NCBI GenBank assembly: GCA_965249275.1
Contig: CBDFLQ010000007.1
Span: 960,001-1,024,000, forward strand
From: Dehalococcoidia bacterium
Lineage (GTDB): Bacteria; Chloroflexota; Dehalococcoidia; Plut-88900
Direction: 5' to 3'
Length of the DNA stretch: 64,000 nt
The notes under the pieces are model-generated. The model ran no database searches. It had not been told where the DNA came from and was given only the letters and a program-made list of their open reading frames with translations. Shown piece after piece: positions 8,944-18,661 of this stretch. Positions within the stretch are counted from its first letter, which is position 1. Every line of letters starts with the position of its first letter. The position numbers and the translations under genes were made by a program.

Positions 8944-9975
8944 ATGAAAATCGTTGATCTTCGGAGCGACACGGTAACACAGCCCACCCCGGAAATGCGG
9001 GAAGCAATAGCGAACTCCACCCTCGGAGACGACGTATTCGGGGAAGACCCGACCGTCAACCGGCTGGAGACCATGGCCGCCGAGCGGTTAGGCAAAGAGG
9101 CCGCCGTACTGGTGTCCAGCGGGACTCAGGGCAACCTCACCGCCATACTCTCCCACTGCCAACGGGGAGACGAGGTCATCCTCGGGAACAAGTCCCACAG
9201 CTATCTATACGAGGCCGGAGGGGTCTCGGCGTTCGGGGGCGTCCACGTCTTCTCTATTCCCACTACCAAGCGCGGCGGGTTAGATCCAGTCGACATTGAG
9301 GACGCCATCCGTCCCGAAAACCAGCATTTTCCTCACACGGCCCTGGTCTGCATGGAGAACACTCACAACTTGTCGGGGGGGACGGCGCTCGGGCCGGGCG
9401 AACTCGGGCCCGTTGCCAAGGTTGCCCAGAGCCACGATATCCCACTACACCTGGACGGGGCACGGCTTTTCAACGCCTCCGTAGCTCTAGGGGTGGACGT
9501 GCAGGAACTCACGGGCCCTTTTGATACGGTCACCTTCTGCCTCTCCAAGGGACTGTCATGCCCCGTGGGGTCGGTCCTGTGCGGCTCGGAGGAGTTTATT
9601 CACAAGGCCCGCAAGATCCGCAAAGCCCTGGGCGGAGGCATGAGGCAGGCCGGCATCATAGCCGCGGCGGGAATCATTGCCCTGGAAACGATGGTTGACA
9701 GACTGGCGGAAGACCACTCCAACGCCCGGGCCATCGCGGAGGGGCTTGCCGAGATTCCGGGGCTCAGCCTTGACCTCGAGCGGGTGCAGACCAACATGAT
9801 TATGGTGGACGTCGAGAAGGAGTTTCCCAACGGGGGAGTTACCGCTGCCCTAGGAGAACACGGCGTAATGGCCCTGGACCGCGGGGGCGGCAAGCTTCGG
9901 CTAGTGACCCACTACGGTATCGATGAGGCCGACGTTGGTCAGACCGTCGAAGCGTTCCGGGCGGTGATGAACTAG
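8944..9975 (+). CDS. ltaE: Low-specificity L-threonine aldolase
   Basis: DLRSDTVT, GDDVFGEDPT, HLDGARLFNA, CLSKGL, GGGMRQAG motifs. Confidence 0.95.
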   Translation: MKIVDLRSDTVTQPTPEMREAIANSTLGDDVFGEDPTVNRLETMAAERLGKEAAVLVSSGTQGNLTAILSHCQRGDEVILGNKSHSYLYEAGGVSAFGGVHVFSIPTTKRGGLDPVDIEDAIRPENQHFPHTALVCMENTHNLSGGTALGPGELGPVAKVAQSHDIPLHLDGARLFNASVALGVDVQELTGPFDTVTFCLSKGLSCPVGSVLCGSEEFIHKARKIRKALGGGMRQAGIIAAAGIIALETMVDRLAEDHSNARAIAEGLAEIPGLSLDLERVQTNMIMVDVEKEFPNGGVTAALGEHGVMALDRGGGKLRLVTHYGIDEADVGQTVEAFRAVMN

Positions 9976-9977
9976 CC

Positions 9978-10937
9978 ATGGTTAACATTGGAATAATGCT
10001 AGAGGGCCAGGAAGACCTAACATGGGAGAAGTGGCACGACTTCGTAGACCGGACCGAAGGCCTGGGCTTCGAGTCCATGTGGCGCTCGGACCACCTACAC
10101 CCCCTGGTGCTCGGGCCTGACAAGGAAGTCTTGGAGGCCTGGATATCCTTCGCTACCCTCGCTGCCAGGACCGAACGCATACGCTTCGGGGCGATGGTTA
10201 CGCCTATGACGTTCCGGCATCCGAGCGTTCTTGCCAAGATGGCGGCGTCTATTGACGTGCTGTCCAGCGGGAGGCTGGAGATGGGGCTGGGGGCGGGGTG
10301 GTGTGTGCCGGAGCACACCGCATTCGGCATCCCGTTCTATGACTGGAAAACTCGTTACGGAATGCTCGAAGAGGGGCTGGAAGTAATCAAGGCGCTGTGG
10401 ACGGAGGACAACGTTACCTTTAAGGGTCAGCACTACACCCTGGAAGGGGCAACGTCTTATCCCAAGCCCCATCAGTCACCTCATCCGCCTTTCGTCATAG
10501 GTGGAAACGGTGAGAAGCGCACCCTACCGATCACGGCGAAATACGCCCAGGAGTGGAATGGCATAAGCCTCACCGTAGATGGGTTTGTTGCGAAGCGGGC
10601 CTTGCTGCACAGGCTGTGCCGGGAGATAAATCGGGACCCGGACGAGATATCGATCTCTCTAACCGGGACGGCGATTATCGGGCGGGACGACCAGGACTAC
10701 GCGCGGCGACTGGCCCGGGTTGCCAACATCCTTGGTCCGGAGAAGGGCGTCGGCGACGCTACTACAGATGAACTGATGGACAAGGGGTGGATAGTCGGGA
10801 CGCCGGACCGGGTGGTAGAGCGGATCCTCGCTTACTCGGAGGCGGGCGCATCACGGGTAATATTCCAGCTTTACGACTACGAAGACACGGAATTGCTGGA
10901 CGTCATCGCCGAAAAGGTGCTCCCTCGCGTATCGTAG
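9978..10937 (+). CDS. LLM-class (probably F420-dependent) oxidoreductase
   Basis: SDHL, EAWISFATLAART, FRHPSVLAK, SSGRLEMGLGAGW, IGGNGEKRTL. Confidence 0.9.
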   Translation: MVNIGIMLEGQEDLTWEKWHDFVDRTEGLGFESMWRSDHLHPLVLGPDKEVLEAWISFATLAARTERIRFGAMVTPMTFRHPSVLAKMAASIDVLSSGRLEMGLGAGWCVPEHTAFGIPFYDWKTRYGMLEEGLEVIKALWTEDNVTFKGQHYTLEGATSYPKPHQSPHPPFVIGGNGEKRTLPITAKYAQEWNGISLTVDGFVAKRALLHRLCREINRDPDEISISLTGTAIIGRDDQDYARRLARVANILGPEKGVGDATTDELMDKGWIVGTPDRVVERILAYSEAGASRVIFQLYDYEDTELLDVIAEKVLPRVS

Positions 10938-10956
10938 AGCCCTGAGCAAGAAGGGG

Positions 10957-12300
10957 TTATTTGTCGGGGTGGGGTGGGGGGCGCCTTTCCTTGATCCTCT
11001 TCTCTATCTCCAGCTCAAAACCCTGGCCCGACGGCTCATAGTAGTTTCGCCCCGAAAGCTCCTCCGGCAGGTGCGTCTGCTCCACGTAATTCCCATCGTA
11101 GTCATGGGCGTACTTGTAGCCTTTGCCGTACCCCGAGGCACGCATCAGTCCGGTGGGCGCGTTCCTCAGGTGCAGCGGCACGGGGAGGTGATGAGTCTTC
11201 TCGACATCTTCCTTGGCTTTGAGGTAGGCCGCATACGCCGAGTTGCTCTTGGGCGCCGTGGCAAGGTATACGGCGGCTTCGGCCATGGGGATGAATCCCT
11301 CCGGCATTCCGACGAAGTGGACCGCCTGCTGTGCCGCAACTGCCACCACCAGAGCCTGTGGGTCCGCAAGCCCCACGTCCTCCGCCGCCAATATCACCAT
11401 CCTCCGCACGATGAACAGCGGGTCTTCTCCGGCCTCGATCATGCGAGACATCCAGTATAGGGCCGCGTCAGGGTCCGAGCCTCGCAAGGACTTTATGAAG
11501 GCCGAAATGATGTCGTAGTGCTGGTCGCCGCTCTTGTCGTACCGAGGCGTACGGCGCTGCAAGGCGTCTTCTATCGCATCGACACTGATGACACGGGCCC
11601 CGGACGACGACGCCACCCAGACAGCGAGCTCCAGCGTGTTGAGGGCTATACGGGCGTCGTTGCCGCTCAAGTTGACCAGGCGGTCAAGGGCCTCGGGGTC
11701 CAGGGACATGCCCTCTCGACCGAGTCCCTTTTCCGGGTCTGTCAGAGCACGCTCGATAATGTTCCTGATCTGAGCTTCTTCAAGGGGCTTTAGGGTGAAG
11801 ACCCGGCAGCGGGAGAGAAGGGGCGCTATGACCTCGAATGAGGGATTTTCGGTGGTAGCGCCGATTAGGGTGACGGTCCCATCCTCGACATGGGGCAGTA
11901 CCACGTCCTGCTGAGCCTTGTTGAAGCGGTGGATTTCGTCGATGAACAGTATGGTGCTGCGGCGATGCATGCCGCGGATGTCTTTGGCTTCCTTGATCAC
12001 CTGTCTTAGCTCGGCGACGCCGGAGGCCACGGCGCTGACCTGTTTGAAGCTGGCCTGGGTCTGGGAGGCGATGATCCGGGCCAGGGTGGTCTTGCCACTC
12101 CCCGGCGGTCCCCAGAGAACCATTGAGGGGAGTCGGTCCGCCTCGATACTGGTCCTAAGGGCTCTTCCCTTGCCAATCAGGTGCTCTTGACCAACATATT
12201 CGTCGAAGTTGAGGGGGCGCATGCGCGCGGCTAAGGGCGCGTCCTGTCTCAGCTGAGCCTCGGTCGAGACTTCGAACAGATCCTTGCCCTGCTTTGCCAT
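10957..12300 (-). CDS. rarA: Replication-associated recombination protein A
   Basis: PLAARMRP, GPPGSGKTT, DEIHRFNKAQQD, GATTENP, VPLHLRNA. Confidence 0.96.
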   Translation of the reverse strand: MAKQGKDLFEVSTEAQLRQDAPLAARMRPLNFDEYVGQEHLIGKGRALRTSIEADRLPSMVLWGPPGSGKTTLARIIASQTQASFKQVSAVASGVAELRQVIKEAKDIRGMHRRSTILFIDEIHRFNKAQQDVVLPHVEDGTVTLIGATTENPSFEVIAPLLSRCRVFTLKPLEEAQIRNIIERALTDPEKGLGREGMSLDPEALDRLVNLSGNDARIALNTLELAVWVASSSGARVISVDAIEDALQRRTPRYDKSGDQHYDIISAFIKSLRGSDPDAALYWMSRMIEAGEDPLFIVRRMVILAAEDVGLADPQALVVAVAAQQAVHFVGMPEGFIPMAEAAVYLATAPKSNSAYAAYLKAKEDVEKTHHLPVPLHLRNAPTGLMRASGYGKGYKYAHDYDGNYVEQTHLPEELSGRNYYEPSGQGFELEIEKRIKERRPPPHPDK

Positions 12301-12320
12301 ATAACCCCTACCTTAACCCT

Positions 12321-12698
12321 TCATCGAGCCATCGTGACCACCGTGACGCCCCAGCCGCCTTCCTCAAGAGCCGCGCCCCGGAAGGAGCTTACCAGCTGAT
12401 GTCCGGCAACCCACTCGAGGACGGCACTGCGCACCTTGCCCTGACCCTTGCCGTGCACTATCCGGACCTGGTGCAGGCCCGACAGGAAAGCCGTATCCAG
12501 GTATTTGTCCAGCTTTATCAGAGCCTCCTCCACCCTCATGTGCCGAAGGTGCACTTGCAAGGGCGGCGGGTCCAATGTCCCGACCAAGAACGCCGAGCCT
12601 CCACACACACCGCACTCGGAGTGTCTTTCTCCCCACCCCACACCTTCCACGCGGGAAGCGCGGCAGGCGAGGCAGCGGTAGGTCTCAGTCTGTCTCAC
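12321..12698 (-). CDS. Stand-alone Smr-domain protein with N-terminal CxxC...CxxC zinc ribbon
   Basis: CLAC..CGVC, then HLRHMRVEEA...IVHGKGQG...EEGGWGVTVV (Smr). Confidence 0.8.
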   Translation of the reverse strand: MRQTETYRCLACRASRVEGVGWGERHSECGVCGGSAFLVGTLDPPPLQVHLRHMRVEEALIKLDKYLDTAFLSGLHQVRIVHGKGQGKVRSAVLEWVAGHQLVSSFRGAALEEGGWGVTVVTMAR

Positions 12699-14100
12699 GA
12701 CCAGAGTTGGACGTCGACCCGGGGCCCGCGTCCAGGGCCTCTATCACTGCGTCCTTCAGAGCCGCTTCCTGCTCCGGGAGAACGGTGCGAGGGTCCAGTA
12801 GCAGGGCGTTGTCGTCGATGCGGCCTAAGACGGGAGTGGGGCCAGTGCGGAGGGATTTGGCGAGGAAGTCGACCGTGACACCGTTCGGGGGGCGCACCTG
12901 CAAAGCCCAGGTTGGAAGAGTGTCGCCGGGGAGGCTGCCTCCGCCTATGGTCGACGTAGTCTCGACAACGTCGACGCCATTTCCAATAGCGTCGCGCCAC
13001 GCGAGGGCCCTCAGCTTGATGGTCTCCAGAGGCATCGATATCATGCGCCAGACGGGCACCTTGTCCAGATGTTCTTCCTTAAGGTAGTGGAGGAGGGTGG
13101 CGGTGAGGGCTGCCATCGTCATCTTGTCGATTCTGGCGGCCCGGGCCAAGGGGTGACGAGCCAGCTCGGAGACGAGATCCCGGCGACCTACGATAATGCC
13201 GGCCTGCGGCCCTCCAAGCAGCTTGTCTCCCGAAAAGGCCACCAGGTCCATTCCTGCGGCGATGCTGTCCTGGGGTCTCGGCTCATCTGACAGCCCGAAG
13301 TCTCGGGTGTCCACTAGGCAACCGCTACCGACGTCGTGGACCACAGGAATCCCTGCCTCTCGGCCCAAAGCAGCGAGTGCACCAGTGTCAGGGGCCTCCG
13401 TGAAGCCGATGACCTTGAAGTTGCTGGAGTGAACTTTCAGGAACAGGGCAGTGTTTTCGGTAATGGCGTTGCGGTAGTCGGACAGGTAGGTGCGGTTGGT
13501 GGTACCGACCTCAACCAGCCTAGCCCCACTCGCACTCAATATCTCGGGGACCCGGACGCCGCCGCCGATCTCCACGGCCTCTCCCCGGCTCACGATGACA
13601 TCCCGACCCAAGGCGAGAACGCTCAGGATGAGATGTAGGGCCGCGGCGTTGTTGTTAACCGCCAGGGCGGACTCGGCGCCAGTGAGCCGGCTGACGAGGG
13701 ACTTGAGGGTCGCGTCCCGGCCACCCCGCTCGCCCTTCTCCAGGTCGATCTCTAGGTCGGAGTAACCGGCGCCCGCTTCCATCGCCGCCTTTGCCGCCTC
13801 CTCGCTGAGCGGGGCCCGGCCGAGGTTGGTGTGGATAACGACGCCGGTGGCATTGATCACGCGTCGGGGGGAGGGCTTCCACAGAGTCTTGGCTTTCCGG
13901 GCAATCTCCCCGACAAGGACATCCAGGGAGGGCACAGCACCTCCGTCCGATATGCACTGTCGCGCCGCCTGTAGCGAGTCCCGGGCGAGGGTGACCAAGG
14001 CGCCGTGGGAGTAGGTCTCCACCAGTGCCTTAGTTTCATCGGTCGCGAGGAGTCTATCGACGCTCGGGAGATCCCGGAATTTGTTCTCAATTGTAGTCAC
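12685..14100 (-). CDS. selA: L-seryl-tRNA(Sec) selenium transferase
   Basis: INATGVVIHTNLGRA, VNNNAAA, VSRGE, EVGTTNRT, FSGDKLLGGPQAG; GTG start after GGAG. Confidence 0.96.
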   Translation of the reverse strand: MTTIENKFRDLPSVDRLLATDETKALVETYSHGALVTLARDSLQAARQCISDGGAVPSLDVLVGEIARKAKTLWKPSPRRVINATGVVIHTNLGRAPLSEEAAKAAMEAGAGYSDLEIDLEKGERGGRDATLKSLVSRLTGAESALAVNNNAAALHLILSVLALGRDVIVSRGEAVEIGGGVRVPEILSASGARLVEVGTTNRTYLSDYRNAITENTALFLKVHSSNFKVIGFTEAPDTGALAALGREAGIPVVHDVGSGCLVDTRDFGLSDEPRPQDSIAAGMDLVAFSGDKLLGGPQAGIIVGRRDLVSELARHPLARAARIDKMTMAALTATLLHYLKEEHLDKVPVWRMISMPLETIKLRALAWRDAIGNGVDVVETTSTIGGGSLPGDTLPTWALQVRPPNGVTVDFLAKSLRTGPTPVLGRIDDNALLLDPRTVLPEQEAALKDAVIEALDAGPGSTSNSGRETD

Positions 14101-14206
14101 GGAAGTTGCTCCACACGGCGATTTTAGCACGTTGGGTTTGCGGGCTGGTACAATCGGCGTAGGCTAGGGTGTGGTCGATGGATGCACGGAGGAAGGAGTG
14201 GGCGAC

Positions 14207-15340
14207 ATGGCGGACTACATGGTTATATCGGCGGACTCTCACGCAAACGAGCCTGTCGAGCTATATGAGCGTCTCCCGGAGGAGTACCAGCCTCGGGCAC
14301 CGCGGGAGATCACTAAGGACGGGCATCGCTACCTGAGGATAGAGGGTGCCGGGGATATGCCCCTCGACGCTCCGAATCCTCTCTCGGAAGAGGACATGCG
14401 CAGGTTTTTCCGGGATGCAGAGAAGGGCCAGGAACTGATCGCCAGCAACCCGAGCGACCTGGCGGGCGGGGTAGACATCCCAGTCCGGCTTTCGGACCTG
14501 GAGGTTGACGGAGTTTCGGGGGAGGTGATTTACCCGCAGGGCATTTTCAAGTCCTTCGCATCGCCGGACCCCGGCTACCAGGCAGCGCTTACCGGGGTGT
14601 ATAACGACTGGTACCACGAGATATTCGGGGAGCATCCGGACAAGTTTGTCGCGTCGGCGTTGCTGCCGATGGTAGACATCCCCTCGGCGGTAGAGGAGGC
14701 GAGACGGGTATCGAGGCTCGGGGGGAGGTCGTTTTCCGTGCCCATCAGCATGCCGACGCTTCCTTACAATTTCCCGGAATATGACCCGTTCTGGGACATC
14801 GCAGAGAGTACCGAGACACCCGTGGCGTTTCACGTTTTTACAGTGGGCCCGACGGGCCAACCTCCATCGGGGCCACACCGGGACGGCCCGGGACAGGACC
14901 TAGCCAGCGAGATAGTAGACATGGCGCACGCGATGAACCCGCTTACCTTGCTGGTTGCCTCCGGGGCGCTGAAGCGTCACCCGGGCTTGAAGTTTGTGTT
15001 GGTGGAGGGAGGGGTGGGGTGGCTTGCGTGGGTGCTGCAGACACTTGACGAGATGCAGGTGAAACGGCACATGTGGGCCGAGCCGAAGCTGAACATGAAG
15101 CCCAGCGAGTACTTTCATCGGCAGGGATACGCCACCTTCGGAGACGATCGGGTAGGGCTTATGACCCGATACGTGATTGGTGTGGAAAACCTGATGTGGG
15201 GCAGCGATTACCCACACGACGAAGGTACTTTCCCTCACTCACGGGAGGTGATAGAGCGGACGTTCGAAGGAATACCGGAGGATGAGAAGCGTAAAATGGT
15301 CGGAGAGAATGCGGCCAAGCTGTACGGGTTTTTCCAGTAA
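14207..15340 (+). CDS. Amidohydrolase family protein (Amidohydro_2 type), paralogue 1
   Basis: ISADSH, FHVF, VEGGVGW, WGSDYPHDEGTFP. Confidence 0.9.
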   Translation: MADYMVISADSHANEPVELYERLPEEYQPRAPREITKDGHRYLRIEGAGDMPLDAPNPLSEEDMRRFFRDAEKGQELIASNPSDLAGGVDIPVRLSDLEVDGVSGEVIYPQGIFKSFASPDPGYQAALTGVYNDWYHEIFGEHPDKFVASALLPMVDIPSAVEEARRVSRLGGRSFSVPISMPTLPYNFPEYDPFWDIAESTETPVAFHVFTVGPTGQPPSGPHRDGPGQDLASEIVDMAHAMNPLTLLVASGALKRHPGLKFVLVEGGVGWLAWVLQTLDEMQVKRHMWAEPKLNMKPSEYFHRQGYATFGDDRVGLMTRYVIGVENLMWGSDYPHDEGTFPHSREVIERTFEGIPEDEKRKMVGENAAKLYGFFQ

Positions 15341-15368
15341 CCAGGGATCCAGGTATTTGGGAGGTGAA

Positions 15369-16502
15369 ATGTCGGATTACAAGGTCATCTCGGCGGACTC
15401 ACATTGCAATGAACCGGCAGAGATATATGAAAGGCTCCCTGTCCAATATAGGGCGAGGGCGCCCCACGAGGAGAGCATAAACGGTGAGAGATTCATGGTC
15501 TTCGAGGGGCAGGCACCGATGCCCGTCATTGCCCCCAACCCGTTGAATGAAGACGACATGCAGAGGTACTGGCGGGACGGGGAGGACTTAGGACGTCAAC
15601 AACATAGGGCAGGGGGAGTAGACATACCTCTGCGCTTGGCAGACCTGGAAAAAGATGGCGTCAGCGCCGAGGTGATCTACCCGCAGGCCGTTTTCAAGAC
15701 TTTCGCATCCCCGGACCCCGGGTACCAGCTAGCCCTGTCGGGGCTGTACAACGACTGGCACCACGAGATATTCGGCGCCCGACAGGATGTCTTCGCGGTA
15801 ACGGCCGAGATTCCCATGCTCAACGTGCAGGATGCAATTGGCGAGGCGAAGCGGGTGGCGAAGATGGGCTACAAGAGTCTATCGCTGCCGTGTGCAATGC
15901 CGACTAAACCGTACAATCACCCGGACTACGAGCCGTTTTGGGATGCCGCCGAAGAGCTAGACATCCCGTTGGCTTTTCACGTATTCACCACGGGGCCCGA
16001 CCCGGCAGCCACTGCGGCAGCGCACGAATACGAACGGGCCACGGGCGTGGGGGAGGACCACCTTGGGAGCATAACCGGCATGGCGGCAGCCATGGGTCCG
16101 ACGATCATGCTTATCGCTTCCAACACGCTGGGACGACACCCGAACATGAAATTCGTGCTGGTGGAGTCGGGGGTGGGGTGGCTGGCGTGGGTGCTTCAAT
16201 GCCTGGATGAACTGCATGCCAAGCGTCACATGTGGGCGGTCCCTCACCTTGAACTGCCGCCCAGCGAATACTTCAAGCGCCAGGGATTCGCCACCTTCGG
16301 GGACGACCTGGCGGGTCTGCTTACGCGTGAGCTCACCGGTACAGATTGCCTGATGTGGGGCAGTGACTATCCCCACGACGAGGGCACGTTCCCTCACTCT
16401 CAAGAGGTGATAGATCGGATTTTCAAGGACATACCTGAGGATGAGAAGAGGAAAATCGTCGCGGGGAATGCGGCCAGACTGTATGGCTTTTCCATGTCTT
16501 GA
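15369..16502 (+). CDS. Amidohydrolase family protein (Amidohydro_2 type), paralogue 2
   Basis: Same motifs; ATG after GGAGGTG. Confidence 0.9.
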   Translation: MSDYKVISADSHCNEPAEIYERLPVQYRARAPHEESINGERFMVFEGQAPMPVIAPNPLNEDDMQRYWRDGEDLGRQQHRAGGVDIPLRLADLEKDGVSAEVIYPQAVFKTFASPDPGYQLALSGLYNDWHHEIFGARQDVFAVTAEIPMLNVQDAIGEAKRVAKMGYKSLSLPCAMPTKPYNHPDYEPFWDAAEELDIPLAFHVFTTGPDPAATAAAHEYERATGVGEDHLGSITGMAAAMGPTIMLIASNTLGRHPNMKFVLVESGVGWLAWVLQCLDELHAKRHMWAVPHLELPPSEYFKRQGFATFGDDLAGLLTRELTGTDCLMWGSDYPHDEGTFPHSQEVIDRIFKDIPEDEKRKIVAGNAARLYGFSMS

Positions 16503-16566
16503 CCAATTTAACTTCCCAATCGTAAGGTAGCTCTCATCCCCAGCATCTCGATTGGAGCGTATACAC

Positions 16567-16983
16567 ATGCAAGTCCCGGAGCAGATAGAAGAGTTTTTGA
16601 AGAAGGTGCAAGTCGGAGTCCTTTCGACGGTGGACTCCCAGGGCAGGCCTCACGCCATTCCGATGTGGTGCATATACGAAGACGGCGAGTTCGTGATGTC
16701 GACGGGGTTAGGGTCCCAGAAGCACAAAAACATCCAGAACAACGAAAACGTGATGCTGGTCTTTGACCAGCGGGAGACTCCCTACTACGCCGTGATGGTG
16801 CGTGGCATCGCCCGCCTGGAGACAGTGCGTTCGACAGAAACCATTCAGCGCATTGCCCAGGCGTACCTGGGAGAAGAGGGCGCAAACAGATACCTGGGAG
16901 GGCGCCCGGCTGATGCAGAGTCGGCGACGATACGCGTAACACCTACGAAGTTCATCGAATACCACGGCCTGAGCGGAAGGTAA
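16567..16983 (+). CDS. PPOX-class (pyridoxamine 5'-phosphate oxidase-like, possibly F420) protein
   Basis: VLSTVDSQGRPHAIPMW...SQKHKNIQNNENV split-barrel pattern. Confidence 0.8.
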   Translation: MQVPEQIEEFLKKVQVGVLSTVDSQGRPHAIPMWCIYEDGEFVMSTGLGSQKHKNIQNNENVMLVFDQRETPYYAVMVRGIARLETVRSTETIQRIAQAYLGEEGANRYLGGRPADAESATIRVTPTKFIEYHGLSGR

Positions 16984-17023
16984 GGTACCCAACCCGACCT
17001 TTCGAGAACCGGGAGGCGCCCAA

Positions 17024-18637
17024 ATGGACCTGGTCTTCCTAGGCGGAAACGTCATAACTATGACCTCCCTGGACAAGCGCGCGGAAGCGGTCGCGGTTCG
17101 GGACGGGAAGATAGCTGCGGTCGGGGCGAGCGCGGAGATCTCGGCGATGGTGTCGGAGGGGACGGAGGTCGTGCCTCTTGCAGGGCGCACCCTGATCCCG
17201 GGCTTCGTCGATCCTCATAACCATTTCTCGGCCACGGTGTTCGACCCGGTAGCGGTGGATTGCTGGACGCCGCCACACGAAAGCATCGCCGGTATAAAGG
17301 ATGCGATAGCTCGGGCGGCGAGTGCAGCTCTCCCGGGACAGTGGATATTCGGTTGGGGCTTCGCCGGGGACTACGTCCGGGAGGGGCGGAACCTGACGCG
17401 TCGGGACCTGGATGATGCGGCGCCTGACAACCCGGTCTGCATCATGGACGGGTCTCACCACAGCTGCTATGCGAACTCATTAGCCATGCAGCTAGGGGGG
17501 ATAGACTCAAGAACTTCCGACCCGCGTGGAGGTCAAATCCTCAAGGATGACCAGGGAGAGCCGTCCGGCGAGCTTTGGGAAAGGGCGATGGACCCCGTAC
17601 ACTCGCTGTGTCTGAAAGCCCACGTGGACCACTACGGCGACGGGGCCGCGGAGTTTGTCTACCGGAACTCGATGAAGCACCTGTCGGTGGGGATTACGTC
17701 TGTGGGGGAGGCGTTGGTTACGCCCGATGCGGCCCGGCTGTACAAGATGGCCGACGAGCAAGGCAAGATACCAATCGCTCTCAGGCAGCAGCTTGGGGGG
17801 CTGACGTTCTTCAGAGCACCGGAGGAAGCCTCACGGGGCGAACTAGGGATAGAGGACACGTCCGACCGGCTGCGGGGTGGGACGCTGAAGATGTTCATGG
17901 ACCCGGTGTTCCCCGACTCGGCCAATTTCAAGTGCCACGATAATGGGGAGATCGAGCGGGTTGGGACACAGTACTACTCGCAGGAGGAGGCGGACGAGCT
18001 TGTGCTATCAGCGCACAAGCTAGGGATGCAGGTGATCATCCACTGTCTCGGGCCGTGGGCGATCGAGCAGGCGCTCAACTCCTTCGAGCGGGCCTTGCGG
18101 GAGAGGCCTGTATCGGACCCTCGGTTCCGCATTGAGCACTTCACAATGCCGACCCGGGAGCAGATAGAGAAGGCACGTTCGCTGGACGTGATAGCCTCTG
18201 TGCAGCCGCCTTTCATTTACACCTGGGCAGACCGGCAGCAGGTGCGAGCTCGGGAGCTGGGCCGCACCTTCGGGATAGAACCATTTCGGAGCATGATCGA
18301 TGCTGGCCTGACGGTGGCGGCGGGGTCGGACAACCCGTGTGCTCCACTGGACCCGCTCATCGGGATCCGGGCGGCGGTGAACAGGGTGGCCCGCGGGACA
18401 GGAGATGCCGTCTCCCCCGAAGAGGCTATCACTCCAATCGAGGCGCTGAGGATGTACACGATAAACTCTGCGGCGGCCTTGAGGAGAGAGACTGAGGTGG
18501 GGTCAATTGAGGTTGGGAAACGGGCAGACCTGGTTGTCCTGGGGCATGATCCGACGCAGGCGAACCCGGACTTCATTACCGACATAGCCGTAGAAAGCAC
18601 GTATGTCGACGGGCAATGCCTGTACAGCAGGTACTAG
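17024..18637 (+). CDS. Amidohydrolase 3 (YtcJ-like)
   Basis: PGFVDPHNH, HCLG, RIEH, GSDNP, GSIEVGKRADLVVL. Confidence 0.9.
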   Translation: MDLVFLGGNVITMTSLDKRAEAVAVRDGKIAAVGASAEISAMVSEGTEVVPLAGRTLIPGFVDPHNHFSATVFDPVAVDCWTPPHESIAGIKDAIARAASAALPGQWIFGWGFAGDYVREGRNLTRRDLDDAAPDNPVCIMDGSHHSCYANSLAMQLGGIDSRTSDPRGGQILKDDQGEPSGELWERAMDPVHSLCLKAHVDHYGDGAAEFVYRNSMKHLSVGITSVGEALVTPDAARLYKMADEQGKIPIALRQQLGGLTFFRAPEEASRGELGIEDTSDRLRGGTLKMFMDPVFPDSANFKCHDNGEIERVGTQYYSQEEADELVLSAHKLGMQVIIHCLGPWAIEQALNSFERALRERPVSDPRFRIEHFTMPTREQIEKARSLDVIASVQPPFIYTWADRQQVRARELGRTFGIEPFRSMIDAGLTVAAGSDNPCAPLDPLIGIRAAVNRVARGTGDAVSPEEAITPIEALRMYTINSAAALRRETEVGSIEVGKRADLVVLGHDPTQANPDFITDIAVESTYVDGQCLYSRY

Positions 18638-18661
18638 TCGAGCAGAGATAGGGAGCAAGCA

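Noticed and set aside
12685-14100. Selenoprotein genes or tRNA-Sec near selA
   Set aside because: No in-frame TGA at a Cys-equivalent position noticed; the tRNA at 60689 has anticodon TGA (Ser), not TCA
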